Below, one piece after another: positions 1 to 10,012 of a stretch of 64,000 nt of DNA. How positions within the stretch are numbered: position 1 is the stretch's first letter; every line of letters begins with the position of its first letter. Source of the stretch: an uncultured Thermoplasmata archaeon (GTDB lineage: Archaea; Thermoplasmatota; Thermoplasmata; Lutacidiplasmatales; UBA184); contig CAWBEU010000008.1 of the NCBI GenBank assembly GCA_963787975.1, positions 221,583 to 285,582 of the forward strand, read 5' to 3'. Position numbers and translations under genes: made by a program. The notes below the pieces were generated by a model. That model was not told the origin of the DNA, did no database searches, and worked only from the letters and a program-made list of their open reading frames with translations.

Positions 1-743
1 CATGGCCATCAGGATGGCAAAGCCCGCCTCCCGGGAGCGCCAGATGGTGGCCCGCGGTCGGGCTTGGCCCGCCACCAGGCGCTCGCCCGAACGAGCTTGA
101 CGACTCGACTGGTCGCGAGCACGGCGACGAGGAACGCCCCGACGGAGAGGATCGCCACGGACACCGCATAGACATCCGAACGGCCCGAGAGCGTCAGCTG
201 GAGGAGGATTGCAAAGACGGTCACCGCCGTCAGCTCGTTGACGAGCGCCGAGCCCATCACGAAGTTCCCGAGCCGCTTCCCCGTGAGCCCGAACTCCGAC
301 ACCATGATTCCCATCACCGGGAGCGCCGTGATCGACAACGTGAGGGCCATGAACAGGTCCGTCGTCGATGACAGACTGGGCTCCACCCAGGCGACGACGC
401 CGGTGCCCACGCCGAAGGGAATCGCGAAGATCGCCACGCCCACGAGGGCGGTCTTTGCCGGCATCCGGGCGATCTCGTCCGGATCGACGTGGAGCCCGGC
501 CATGAACATGATGAAGAACGTCGCGAGGAACTGGATCCCGACGAGTTCGGGCGGGAGCGTGGTCGACCCGAGACCTATGTACGGGCCGAGGAGCGTCGGC
601 CCGAGGATGATCCCGACGATCAGCTGACCGACGAGCGGCACGAAGCCGAGGCGGCTCGCGATCTCGCCGGCGACGATGGCGGAGGTGAGCAGGAGGAACA
701 GGTCAATGAGGAAATCATCCGAGGGGGGGATGAGAAAGGCCAT
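1..743 (-). CDS. Cation:proton antiporter (CPA2/Kef-type Na+/H+ exchanger family), N-terminal part; continues past the window start
   Basis: ORF 9..743 begins MAFLIPPSDDFLIDLFLLLTSAIVAGEIASRLGFVPLVGQLIVGIILGP and has many hydrophobic helices typical of the Na_H exchanger fold. The last ~25 aa of the listed ORF look out of frame. Another minus frame reads ...TIWRSREAGFAILMAM to the window edge, implying a 1-nt indel near 49-53. Confidence 0.7.
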
Positions 744-817
744 CTCGCGGAGGAATCACGAAGGAAGGCCTGCTTAAGCTACGCGGCGCGGCGGCAGGGC
801 CCCGGCGCCCACGGGGG

Positions 818-1354
818 CTACACGAAACGCGCGTGGTGGGCCGTGATCGGCCGGAACCCGCACTTGGCGTAGAACCGGCTCGCGATCTCGTTTTGCGCCG
901 GGAACTCGACGGTCACGATGCCGGCGCCGCGCTCCTTCAGTTGTTGGATTGTGTGCTCGACCAGGTACCGGCCGTCGCCGTGTCGCCGATAGAGCGGGAG
1001 CAGATAGATGTCGAGGATGACTCCCTCGGCTTCCGGCGTGTAGAAGGTCCGTTCGCGGATCGCGGCCCGGACGACCCCGATGATCTTGTCCTTGTCGGGT
1101 CCGGTCCCCTCGGCGGCGATCACGAGCGACTTTGGGTTCTTGATCTCGGCCCGGAGGACCGCCTCGGCCTGCGCGTCGACATCCGGCCGGACCTTCAGCA
1201 TCGGGTCGAATTCCTCGTTCAGCCGCTTCAGGCGGACGATGAGGGAGGCGAGGGCCGGAATGTCCGCCTCGCGGGCCGGTCGCGCGTGGACCGGGGCGCT
1301 GGATTCTCGGCTATCGGGGCGATGCTCGCTTCCGGGGGCGTTCGTACGCTTCAT
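818..1354 (-). CDS. GNAT-family N-acetyltransferase
   Basis: 178 aa. GNAT-like core seen: IGVVRAAI..., ILDIYLLPLYRRHGDGRYLVEHTIQQLKERGAGIVTVEF, NEIASRFYAKCGF. Confidence 0.75.
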   Translation of the reverse strand: MKRTNAPGSEHRPDSRESSAPVHARPAREADIPALASLIVRLKRLNEEFDPMLKVRPDVDAQAEAVLRAEIKNPKSLVIAAEGTGPDKDKIIGVVRAAIRERTFYTPEAEGVILDIYLLPLYRRHGDGRYLVEHTIQQLKERGAGIVTVEFPAQNEIASRFYAKCGFRPITAHHARFV

Positions 1355-2781
1355 CGGTGTTTCCTGGATGGAATGGGTTCATCGGGCATCGGGTCCACAA
1401 GTCCGGCATTCCGCAATGCTTCGGTCAGCGCGGCGGGCCGCGCCATCAGCCGCCGAGCCCGTTCGTAGAACTCCTCGCGCGAGGCCCGGACCCGGGCGAT
1501 GCCCAGCCGGACGGTGCAGTCGGCCACCGCCGCGGCGACGTGGGGGAAGACCTCGCGTTCGTCCATCGTCGGGAGGAGGTGATGGTCGCTCAGTCCCTTC
1601 ATCGAGGCGTAATGGGCCAGCTCCTGGGCCGCGGCGATCACGATGTCATCCGGTATCGACTGGGCACGGGCATCGAGGACGCCCCGGAACACGCAGGGGA
1701 AGATCAACGAGTTGTTGACCTGGTTGGGGAAGTCGCTCCGCCCCGTCGCCACGACGGCGGCCCCGGCGGCCCGGGCGTCGGCGGGCCAGATCTCGGGTAA
1801 CGGGTTCGCGAGCGCGAAGACGATCGGATGGGGCGCCATCGACCGGACCCATTCGGGGCGAATCGTGCCGGGCACCGGCGTGGACGCCGCGAGGATTACG
1901 TCGGCTCCGGTCATCGCGTCGGCGAGCGTTCCCCTCCGGCCCCCTCCATTGGTCTCGAGGGCGACCCGGTACTTCCACCGGTTCCGGAGCTGCATCTCGT
2001 CGAGGTCCTCGCGGTCCGCATGGAGGACCCCGTGGTGGTCCACCACCGTGAGCTGGTGCGGGTCTTGACCCATCCGAATCAGCAGCCGCACCGTCGCCAG
2101 GTTCGCGGCACCGGCCCCGAGCATCACGGTCCGGGTGGTCGACAGCTTCCGTCCGGTGAGCTCGAGGGCGTTGATCAGGCCCGCGAGCGTCGCGGCGGCC
2201 GTGCCGAGCTGGTCGTCGTGCCAGACCGGAATCGGAAGACGGCGCTGGAGTTCCTCGAGCACCTGGAAGCATTTCGGCGACGCGATGTCCTCGAGGTTAA
2301 TCCCCCCGAACGCGGGCGCGATCCGGAGCGCGGTCTCGATGAGGGCCTCCGGTGTCGACACGTCGACCGGCAGCGGGACCGCGTCGACCCCGCCGAGATA
2401 CTTGAACAGCAGGGCCTTGCCCTCCATGACGGGGAGCGCCGCCTGGGGACCGATGTTCCCCAAGCCCAGCACCCGGCTTCCGTCTGTCAGGATGGCGATC
2501 GTGTTCCATCGGCCGGTGAGGTCGAAGGCACGGGCGGGATTGTGCTCTATCTCCCGGGACACCGCCGCGATCCCGGGCGTGTACCAGAGAGAAAAGTCGC
2601 GGAGACTGCGCACGGGCACCTTGGGAACGGTCTCGATCTTACCACGGTAGAACTCGGCGAGGCGCACCGCCCGCTCGCTCAGGGCCTGGGTCTGGCTGAC
2701 GTCGGCCTCGGCCGTTTCCTCTTCCGGAGAGGGGGGAGGAGGCGCCGGCCGGCGAGTGCGCGAGCGCGCCGCCTCGACCAT
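1351..2781 (-). CDS. NAD(P)-dependent malic enzyme
   Basis: Motifs FYRGKIETVPKVPV, LWYTPGIAAVSREI, ILTDGSRVLGLGNIGPQAALPVMEGKALLFKYLGGVDAVP, VMLGAGAAN. The listed ORF starts at GTG 2796. I prefer ATG 2781 (MVEAARS) because an A/T-rich box (2807-2820) lies ~27 nt upstream of it. Confidence 0.9.
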   Translation of the reverse strand: MVEAARSRTRRPAPPPPSPEEETAEADVSQTQALSERAVRLAEFYRGKIETVPKVPVRSLRDFSLWYTPGIAAVSREIEHNPARAFDLTGRWNTIAILTDGSRVLGLGNIGPQAALPVMEGKALLFKYLGGVDAVPLPVDVSTPEALIETALRIAPAFGGINLEDIASPKCFQVLEELQRRLPIPVWHDDQLGTAAATLAGLINALELTGRKLSTTRTVMLGAGAANLATVRLLIRMGQDPHQLTVVDHHGVLHADREDLDEMQLRNRWKYRVALETNGGGRRGTLADAMTGADVILAASTPVPGTIRPEWVRSMAPHPIVFALANPLPEIWPADARAAGAAVVATGRSDFPNQVNNSLIFPCVFRGVLDARAQSIPDDIVIAAAQELAHYASMKGLSDHHLLPTMDEREVFPHVAAAVADCTVRLGIARVRASREEFYERARRLMARPAALTEALRNAGLVDPMPDEPIPSRKHR

Positions 2782-2886
2782 GCTAGAGGCCAGCACCCTG
2801 GCTCCGCTTTAATCATTTTGTCAAGAACGAACCCTTCTATCGACAAATGCCGACTAGGAGGGAGTCCGGGGGACGCGCCACCGAGG

Positions 2887-4344
2887 CTAGGCGGCGGTCG
2901 TCCGTGATTCCGACGGTCCCCGAGGAGGTTGATTCTCCCGGGGGCGCAAGGCCGCCGGTATCAGCGCCAGGAGGAGCAGGATGGCCGACAGCTCGAAGAC
3001 GCTGTGCGTGGCGTCGATGAAACGGCCGATCCCGCCCGGACCGAGCGTCGCGTGGGCGGTTCCGAGAAAGATGGCGGTCAGCGAACCGAGCGGGAGCGCC
3101 TTGGCCATGACGACGATGGCCAGCCCCAGGCTGAGCGTCGTTCCGCTGTTGACGAGCGTCGTGCCGATGCCACTCGCGACGCCTCGACGAGTCGCGGGTA
3201 CCGAGCTCATCATCGACGCGCGGTTCGGCGCGGCGAAGAGCCCCATGCCCAGCCCGACGAGGATGAACGGACCCACGAGCCCCAGGAAGCCGGTCGTTGG
3301 GCCGATCTGGGTCAGCCACAAGAACCCGGCGGCGGAAACCAATAGGCCGAGGACCGCGAACGGCCGGGAACCGTACCGGTCGGAGAGCGCTCCGCTGATC
3401 GGCCCGATCGCCGCTAACGAGGCGGAGACAGGGATGAGGTAGAGTCCAGCGTTCAGCGGGGAGAGGTAGTGAGGGGGGCCCTGAAGGTAGAAGACCATCA
3501 CGAACGAGAAGGCGCCCCGAGCCAGCGCGTTGAGGAAAATGGCCGTGATCGACGCGGAGAACATCCGGATCTTGAGGAGCGACAGGTCGAACATCGGGTG
3601 CCGGACCCGTTGCTCGATCCAGAGGAAGAGAACCAGCAGCGCGACCCCCGTGCCGAGGAGGGCTCCGAACTCCACGGCCGGCAGACTTCCGAGAGCGTAC
3701 AGCGTGACGGCCAGCAGGATGGACGCGAGGCCCCCGGCGAACGTGAGGTTCCCCACCCAGTCGAGGCGGTGCTCCTTCTGGGGCCGGTGGAGCTCGCGGA
3801 GCCCGGCAAAGGACCGCCAGGTGGCGAGGATACCGATGGGGACGTTCACGTAGAAGATCGACCTCCAGCCCAGCAGCGAGGTCAGCACTCCCCCGAGAAC
3901 GAGACCCGTGACCGCGCCGACAACGATAGAGACCTGATTGATCCCGAGGGCCCGGCCCCGTTCGTTCGGCCCGAAGGCGTCGGTGATGATCGCCGCGGCG
4001 TTGGCGAAGAGGAACGCCGCACCCACCGCCTGCACCAGCCGGAACAGCACGAGCTCGGTGCCCGTCTGGGAGAACCCGCAAAGCGCCGAGCCCACGGTGA
4101 AGATCGCGAAGCCCAGGGTGTAGAGTCGCACCCGGCCGTACATGTCGCCGAGCCGGCCGAAGTTGAGGAGAACGACCGACGTGAGCAGCGAGTATCCGAG
4201 GAGGATCCAGAGCAGGGTGAAGACCGAGGTATCGGGGAGCTGCTTCGCGATCGTCGGAAGCGCGATGAGCACGATATTCGAGTCGAGGGAGGCCATCAGC
4301 GTCCCGATGGTCGTGTTCGACAGGACGACCCACTTGTACTGCAC
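2887..4344 (-). CDS. MFS transporter (DHA2/EmrB-QacA-like, ~14 TM)
   Basis: 485 aa. N-terminus MQYKWVVLSNTTIGTLMASLDSNIVLIALPTIAKQL, then GRLGDMYGRVRLYTLGFAIFTVGSALCGF. Hydrophobic helices throughout. Confidence 0.85.
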   Translation of the reverse strand: MQYKWVVLSNTTIGTLMASLDSNIVLIALPTIAKQLPDTSVFTLLWILLGYSLLTSVVLLNFGRLGDMYGRVRLYTLGFAIFTVGSALCGFSQTGTELVLFRLVQAVGAAFLFANAAAIITDAFGPNERGRALGINQVSIVVGAVTGLVLGGVLTSLLGWRSIFYVNVPIGILATWRSFAGLRELHRPQKEHRLDWVGNLTFAGGLASILLAVTLYALGSLPAVEFGALLGTGVALLVLFLWIEQRVRHPMFDLSLLKIRMFSASITAIFLNALARGAFSFVMVFYLQGPPHYLSPLNAGLYLIPVSASLAAIGPISGALSDRYGSRPFAVLGLLVSAAGFLWLTQIGPTTGFLGLVGPFILVGLGMGLFAAPNRASMMSSVPATRRGVASGIGTTLVNSGTTLSLGLAIVVMAKALPLGSLTAIFLGTAHATLGPGGIGRFIDATHSVFELSAILLLLALIPAALRPRENQPPRGPSESRTTAA

Positions 4345-4455
4345 TACGGACGCCTCAGGAATCCCTCCCCGGCGGCGGAGGATTGAGCGCGGGGACCCCG
4401 TGGAGGTTCAAGTCGTCCCGGTTCCTTCGACCTCCGCCGCTCCTCGCCCCGCGGC

Positions 4456-4884
4456 TCACGGTAGCGAGGGTTGGAGCCGAGAAATATCGGCCGAGATCTT
4501 GTCGACATACGGCTTGAACGCCTGGATCACGTCCTTCGACGTGATCATGCCCACCACTCGTCCCCCGTGGGTCACGACCATGCGCCGGATCCCTTCCCGT
4601 GCCATGCGCTCGACGACCTCATCGGTTGGGGTGTCCGCATCGCAGGACGCCACCGGGGCTGTGGCCAGCGACGCCACGGGGGTGGTTGCGGGATCAACGC
4701 CGCGGGCAACCACCTTCGCGAGGAAGTCCCATTCGGTCACGATGCCTTCCATTCGTTCGTCCTTCAGGAGAATCGCGTAGCCCTTGTGGGCCTCGGTCAT
4801 TCGCCGTGCGCAGTCGAGCGCGGTCGTCGCGGGGTCCATGGTCAGGACATCGGCGTGCATGATCTCTCGAGCCTTGACGACCAC
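4456..4884 (-). CDS. CBS-domain pair protein
   Basis: 142 aa with two CBS-like repeats (AREIMHADVLTMDP..., IRRMVVTHGGRVVGMITSKDVIQAF). Confidence 0.8.
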   Translation of the reverse strand: MVVKAREIMHADVLTMDPATTALDCARRMTEAHKGYAILLKDERMEGIVTEWDFLAKVVARGVDPATTPVASLATAPVASCDADTPTDEVVERMAREGIRRMVVTHGGRVVGMITSKDVIQAFKPYVDKISADISRLQPSLP

Positions 4885-5141
4885 GCTGTGCGGAAGGGTA
4901 CCGGGGGTCTAAATCTCTCGCTCGCGACTCACCGGTCCGCGCCAGGGGATACGAACCTTCCTTTGGCCGCAAGCTCCGGCGCCGGGTCGGAGGCATGCCG
5001 GCGGACTTCGACCGGATCGTGGACGCAAACCTCCCATGGGCCGGCCGCCGGTTTCCCGGAACGCAACCGATTTTCTCTCGATGCAGAGCCGCCCCGGACG
5101 ACATAGCTAAAGTGCGCGTCCCGCTCGCGGGAGGTTCCCCC

Positions 5142-6116
5142 ATGCAGACCGTCACGAGCCTTACCGGTGCGTTTCCGCGCTCGGAGGCCCTGGTCGAGGC
5201 GACCCGTGATCTCGACCGGGGCCGGACGACCCCCGAGGCGGTTCAGGAGCTCGTTCTCCGTACGGAGGCCGAGGTCGCCCGGTTGGAAGAGCGCCTGGGC
5301 CTTGAGCCACCGACCGGCGGCTACCTGCGCTGGCAAGACCTGTTCCGACCGTTCGCGGAGACCTGGGAAGGCTTCACGGTCGGTCCCCTCACGCGATGGT
5401 TCGAAACGAACCAGTTCTACCGCCAACCGATCCTCCACGCGCCTCCCGCTCGGGTCGCGGGCGCCATCGCGAGCTGGCTTCCGCCGGCGGGGAAGAGCGG
5501 CCCGCATCCACGCAAGGCGATCTTGCCCGGTCCGTACACTTTCTCGGGCCTCGTGGACAACCGCTCGGGCGAGACCTCCGAGGCGCTCACCCATCGACTC
5601 GGTCGTCTACTCGGGGAGGAAGTGCACGAGTTGCACTTGGCCGGCTACACGGCGTTCCAGTTCCAAGAGCCGCTCCTCGTGAGTCACCCTCCCGAAGGCG
5701 CTCGTGCCGAGGCCGTCGTCGCGGCGTACAAGGCCATCGAGACCGCCGCCGCGGGCGCCACGACCGCCGTGTGGACCTTCTTCGGCGATGCCCAACCGGC
5801 GTGGCCTCTCCTCACCCGCCTTCCGGTCTCTCTCGTGGGCGTGGATCTATCGGAGACCGACGCGCTGAAGCTCGCCCCTTCGGCGGAACGACGCGGACTC
5901 GGCCTCGGCGTCATCGACCCGCGGACGAGCCTCGTCGAGGACCCGGCGGAAGTCGTCCGCCTCGCGCGCTCCATCGCCGAACGGCACCGGCCGACCACCC
6001 TGTGGATCGGCCCGGGCGCGCCCCTCGACCTTCTTCCGTGGGAACCGGCGACACGAAAGCTCCACGGCCTTCCGGCCGTCCGCCAGGGACTCGAATCCTC
6101 GGGAGGCGGCTCGTGA
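5142..6116 (+). CDS. MetE N-terminal-barrel-like protein (non-catalytic half of cobalamin-independent methionine synthase)
   Basis: ATG 5142 is preceded by GGGAGGT. The 324-aa protein resembles the UROD/MetE-like barrel, but no H-x-C / Cys zinc ligands were seen. Its TGA overlaps the GTG start of the next gene (GTGA at 6113-6116). Confidence 0.65.
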   Translation: MQTVTSLTGAFPRSEALVEATRDLDRGRTTPEAVQELVLRTEAEVARLEERLGLEPPTGGYLRWQDLFRPFAETWEGFTVGPLTRWFETNQFYRQPILHAPPARVAGAIASWLPPAGKSGPHPRKAILPGPYTFSGLVDNRSGETSEALTHRLGRLLGEEVHELHLAGYTAFQFQEPLLVSHPPEGARAEAVVAAYKAIETAAAGATTAVWTFFGDAQPAWPLLTRLPVSLVGVDLSETDALKLAPSAERRGLGLGVIDPRTSLVEDPAEVVRLARSIAERHRPTTLWIGPGAPLDLLPWEPATRKLHGLPAVRQGLESSGGGS

Positions 6117-7255
6117 CGGACCGACTGTTCCCGACCCAGGAGATCGGAAGCCTGATGAAACCCCGGTGGCAGCTCCTCGGCCAGCGCGGCGAGCCGCTCG
6201 ACACCGCGGCGCAGACCGACTTCGCTCGATGGAACGACCTTCTTCACTTCGTCCCCGGGGACGACCCGATGGTTCGCAAGTTCCTCGGCGACCGCTCCCG
6301 CGAGGTCGGAGCCGATACCGTCCGGGACTGGGCCGCGCTGTTCATGCTCCGGTACCTGGAGTCGACGGGGCTCGACCGGGTCTACGACGGCGAAGCCCGC
6401 CGGATCGAGATGTACCAGTACCCGGTCCGCCAGATGCGCGGGTTCCAGTTCCTGGGGCATGTCCGGTCGTTCGACAACAAGTACTACCTCAAGGCCGCCG
6501 GGACCGGCGAGGTCCGGCTCGACCGGCCGTACCATGTCGAGGAGTTCGAGTTCGTCCGCGACCACGCGAAGGCGACCCCGAAGCTCCCGATCACCGGCCC
6601 GTACACGCTGGCCGACTGGTCGTACAACGAGTACTATCTCCGCCGGCACGAGGGATGGAAGGGCCCGGAGGTTCGTCGTAGCGCCCAACGAGACTTCGTG
6701 GTCGAGATCGCGAAGCAGGCGATCCGACCCACTCTCGCGGCACTGATCGAGAAGGGCTGTAAGGTCATCCAGATCGACGAGCCCGCCGCGGGGACGCACC
6801 CCCGGGAGGCCGAGATCGTGGCCGAGGGCTTCAACGCCGCGACGGAGGGGCTCGACGCGGAGTTCTCGATGCACATCTGCTTCTCCGATTACCGGCCCCT
6901 CTTCCCCGCGTTGCTCGAGGCGAAGCGATGCACGCAATGGGCCTGGGAATTCGCCAACCGCGACACCGACGGCCGGGACGGCTACGAGATCCTCAAGATG
7001 TTCAACGAGTACGGCGACACCCGCCAGATCGGTCTGGGCGTGCTCGACCCCCATCGCGACGAGGTCGAGTCGCCGGAGCGCGTCAAGGACCGCATCCTTC
7101 GGGCCGTGAAGATCCTGGGAGACCCGCGACGAATCTGGGTCAACCCCGACTGCGGACTACGTACCCGTCGGCTCGACATCGCCTACGCGAAGCTCCAGAA
7201 CATGGACCGGGGCGCGAAGCTCGCTCGCGCCGAGTTCGCTGGCGGCGCCGACTGA
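6113..7255 (+). CDS. metE: Cobalamin-independent methionine synthase, catalytic barrel (short archaeal MetE type)
   Basis: GTG 6113 is in frame with listed ORF 5396..7255, whose first 239 aa are out-of-frame shadow. Motifs IQIDEPAAG, SMHICFSDY (His/Cys Zn ligands), WEFANRD, VNPDCGLRTR. Confidence 0.85.
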   Translation: MTDRLFPTQEIGSLMKPRWQLLGQRGEPLDTAAQTDFARWNDLLHFVPGDDPMVRKFLGDRSREVGADTVRDWAALFMLRYLESTGLDRVYDGEARRIEMYQYPVRQMRGFQFLGHVRSFDNKYYLKAAGTGEVRLDRPYHVEEFEFVRDHAKATPKLPITGPYTLADWSYNEYYLRRHEGWKGPEVRRSAQRDFVVEIAKQAIRPTLAALIEKGCKVIQIDEPAAGTHPREAEIVAEGFNAATEGLDAEFSMHICFSDYRPLFPALLEAKRCTQWAWEFANRDTDGRDGYEILKMFNEYGDTRQIGLGVLDPHRDEVESPERVKDRILRAVKILGDPRRIWVNPDCGLRTRRLDIAYAKLQNMDRGAKLARAEFAGGAD

Positions 7256-7262
7256 CCTCGCG

Positions 7263-8141
7263 CTAGGCCGCGGTCAGGACTTCCGCGCCGGTCGGGCCGA
7301 CCAGAACGGTGTGCTCCGCTTGGGCAACCCACCCGCGGCCGGTCTCGATGAACACGGGATAGGCTTGGAGGAGCCGTCGGGCGCGCTTGAGCGCGGCCTT
7401 CTCCTCGGGGTCGGTGACCCACCGGGTCGTGAACGGAAGGGTTCGGAACCGGGCGAAGGCGCGGGCCAGGAACGGGTCTTTCTTTCCCGGGTCGGCCCGG
7501 AACCGGACGATGTTCCCGAACGGACCGTCCTCGATGTGGCCCTCTCCGTTGGTGACGAACGGCTCGATGGCGACCACTTCTCCCTCCTCGAGGGAGGCCG
7601 TACTGTACCCGCCGACGTTCGGAATCGACTTTCCAGCATGCAACAGGTAGGACTCGATGGTATGCCCGGTCAGGTCGACCACCGGCTTGAACCCCTGGGC
7701 ATGGATCGCAGCCTCGATCGCCCGGGACACGACGTCAACGGATCCGCCGGGGCGAACCGCCTGGATCCCCGCCCCGAGGGCGTCGCGCACTGCCTTCACG
7801 AGGCGGTCGTGCCGGTGCGTGTCTCCGACCTCGACGGTTCCCGCGGTATCCGCGATCGCTCCGCCGATATGCGCCCCGACGTCGACCTTCAGAAGGTCGC
7901 CGGGCGCGAGGAGCTCGACGTCGGCTTCAGAGGGAGTATAGTGCGCCGCCTCCCAGTTACGGGAGAGGTTCGTGGGAAAGGCCGGCTCGGCGCCTTGGTC
8001 CCGGATGAACGCCTCGATCCGCTCCGCCAGCTCTCGGCGAGCCGTCCCCGGTTGGGCCAGGCGAAGTCCGAGCTCGCGAGCCTGTCCGGCGATTCGGCCG
8101 GCTCGGCGCCAGTGATCGAGGTCGGTCGGATACCGAGCCAC
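7263..8141 (-). CDS. map: Methionine aminopeptidase, type 2 (archaeal)
   Basis: 292 aa. Motifs FPTNLSRNWEAAHYTP, GDLLKVDVGAHIGGAIADTAGTV, GHTIESYLLHAGKSIPNV, VVAIEPF, AQAEHTVLV. Confidence 0.9.
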   Translation of the reverse strand: MARYPTDLDHWRRAGRIAGQARELGLRLAQPGTARRELAERIEAFIRDQGAEPAFPTNLSRNWEAAHYTPSEADVELLAPGDLLKVDVGAHIGGAIADTAGTVEVGDTHRHDRLVKAVRDALGAGIQAVRPGGSVDVVSRAIEAAIHAQGFKPVVDLTGHTIESYLLHAGKSIPNVGGYSTASLEEGEVVAIEPFVTNGEGHIEDGPFGNIVRFRADPGKKDPFLARAFARFRTLPFTTRWVTDPEEKAALKRARRLLQAYPVFIETGRGWVAQAEHTVLVGPTGAEVLTAA

Positions 8142-8147
8142 CCAGCC

Positions 8148-8714
8148 TCAGCTCCGGCGGACGATGTGCGGGCGAGGGCCAGTGAGCGCTACGAGGGTCG
8201 AGGGACGACCCGAGGGCGGATCTCCCCCGGTCAGGTACGCGCCAACGCGCCGGCCGAACGCTCGGCGCGCCGCGACCGCGGTACGACAGGGAGAGTGACC
8301 GTGCCGGTTGGCCGATGTGGTCGTCAACGGACCGGTCCGCGCCAAAAGGGCGCGTGCGAAGGGATGGTCGGGAATCCGGACCCCGATGGTCCGGGATTCT
8401 CCGAGGACCCCTGGAGCCCACTTGCGCCGCGCCCTGGCGCTCGCGCGCAGGAGAAAGGTGAACGGCCCCGGCAGCCAGCGCCGGATCGTCGCCCTGCTCA
8501 CGGAGGAAAGATGGACGAACGGCTCCATCTCCTCGTAGGAGGAGAAGGCCACGGACACGGGCATGCCTTCCGGACGTTCCTTCAAGGCATACAGTCGGCG
8601 GACCGCTTCCCGATCGTCGGGCCGGACGCCGAGACCCCACAGCGTGTCGGTCGGGTAGAATATCGGTCGACCGCGACGGACCGCTCGGACCGCCGCGGCG
8701 AGAGAGTCGGCCAT
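8148..8714 (-). CDS. tsaC: L-threonylcarbamoyladenylate synthase (YrdC/TsaC-type, no Sua5 C-domain)
   Basis: Start ATG 8714 (MADSLAAAVRAVRRG), chosen because ndk ends at 8719. Motifs PIFYPTDTLWGLGV, LYALKERPEGMPVSV, PGPFTFLL, IGVRIPDHPFARALL, GPLTTTSANRHG. Confidence 0.85.
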   Translation of the reverse strand: MADSLAAAVRAVRRGRPIFYPTDTLWGLGVRPDDREAVRRLYALKERPEGMPVSVAFSSYEEMEPFVHLSSVSRATIRRWLPGPFTFLLRASARARRKWAPGVLGESRTIGVRIPDHPFARALLARTGPLTTTSANRHGHSPCRTAVAARRAFGRRVGAYLTGGDPPSGRPSTLVALTGPRPHIVRRS

Positions 8715-8718
8715 CGAC

Positions 8719-9177
8719 TCAGAAAAACTCCTGATCGGCCCGCGTGTAGTCCTGGTAGTCGTCCGGTTGGAAGAAGAGCCCGAGCTCGCGCTTCGCCGAC
8801 ACGGGCGAATCCGAGGCATGGATCAGGTTCGGCGTCATCGCGATTGCCAGGTCACCGCGCACCGTTCCCGGCGCGGCGGTTTCGGGATTCGTCGCGCCGA
8901 TCAACAAGCGAACGACCGCGATCGCCGAGCGGCCCTCGACGGCCAGCGCGAGGACGGGCCCGCTCGTGATGTGGCGGACGAGGCCGTCGTAGAACGGCTT
9001 CCCCTTGTGCTCGAAGTAGTGTCGTCCCGCGAGCTCGGGCGTCACGCGCATCATGCGGGCCGCCACGATGGTGAGCCCCTTCCGTTCGATCCGCTGCAAG
9101 ATCTCGCCGGAGAGGCCCCGCTTGACCGCGTCCGGCTTCAGTAGGACCAGGGTCCGCTCCGTCGCGTCTTCCGCCAT
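8719..9177 (-). CDS. ndk: Nucleoside diphosphate kinase
   Basis: Internal ATG 9177 gives 152 aa starting [22 protein letters not shown]. Motifs [26 protein letters not shown]. Sequence upstream of this Met in the listed ORF is R/P-rich shadow. Confidence 0.95.
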   Translation of the reverse strand: MAEDATERTLVLLKPDAVKRGLSGEILQRIERKGLTIVAARMMRVTPELAGRHYFEHKGKPFYDGLVRHITSGPVLALAVEGRSAIAVVRLLIGATNPETAAPGTVRGDLAIAMTPNLIHASDSPVSAKRELGLFFQPDDYQDYTRADQEFF

Positions 9178-9235
9178 CGCCGGCGGTAGCGGGTCGGCGA
9201 CAAAAGCTTTGAGAACCAGGTGGCCGGAGGACCCC

Positions 9236-10012
9236 ATGCCCCTCGAGCCGACTGCCCGGGTTGGATTCCAGCGAGCGGCGGGGCGGTACGAGCGCGGACG
9301 TCCGGAGGCTCCCGTGGCGGCTATCGATGCCCTGGTCCGATCCCTAGCGATCTCGAACCGGTCCACCGTGCTCGAGCTCGGGGCCGGAACCGGAAAGCTC
9401 TCGCGGCATCTGGCGCCTCGAACGGGCCGCTACGTCGCGCTCGAGCCGGTGTCGGCGATGCGAGACCAGTTTCGACGGGCCCTCCCCGACGTTCAGCTCG
9501 TCGCGGGCCTCGCCGAGATGCTGCCGCTCCAAGGGTCGAGTGTCGACGCCGTGGTGGCGGCCCAGGCCTTCCACTGGTTCGACATACCGCGGGCGATGGG
9601 CGAGATGCACCGGGTGCTCCGTCCGGGGGGTACCGTGGGACTGCTCTGGAACGTGCGGGACGAATCGGTCGACTTGGTCCACCAAGTAACCGAAATTCTG
9701 GACCGGTACGATGCCCGGGGACCGCGGTACCGCCACGGCGCGTGGCGCGAGGCGTGGAACCGAACGCCGGGGTTTGCCCCGCTCGAGGGGCAATCGTTTC
9801 CGTTCGTGCAGCGGATGGACCGCGACACGGCGCTCGACCGTTTCACGTCGGTGAGCTTCATCGCGAGCCTGGACGAAACTCGGTTCGCCGAGGCGGAGGC
9901 GGCCTTCAAGGGTCTGCTCGACACGCATCCGCAGACCGCCGGGCGAACGGAAATCGAACTGCCGTATCAGTGCGAGATCTACATCTCGCGATGGACCGCG
10001 CTGCCGGACTAG
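9236..10012 (+). CDS. Class I SAM-dependent methyltransferase
   Basis: Start ATG 9236 ([11 protein letters not shown]). Motif [17 protein letters not shown], then [26 protein letters not shown]. Confidence 0.8.
   Translation: MPLEPTARVGFQRAAGRYERGRPEAPVAAIDALVRSLAISNRSTVLELGAGTGKLSRHLAPRTGRYVALEPVSAMRDQFRRALPDVQLVAGLAEMLPLQGSSVDAVVAAQAFHWFDIPRAMGEMHRVLRPGGTVGLLWNVRDESVDLVHQVTEILDRYDARGPRYRHGAWREAWNRTPGFAPLEGQSFPFVQRMDRDTALDRFTSVSFIASLDETRFAEAEAAFKGLLDTHPQTAGRTEIELPYQCEIYISRWTALPD

Noticed and set aside
10009-10012. Convergent genes sharing a CTAG in which both stop codons overlap. This occurs here and again at 31524-31527.
   Set aside because: It is likely a trivial consequence of tight packing and TAG stops on both strands. 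No further pattern was seen.
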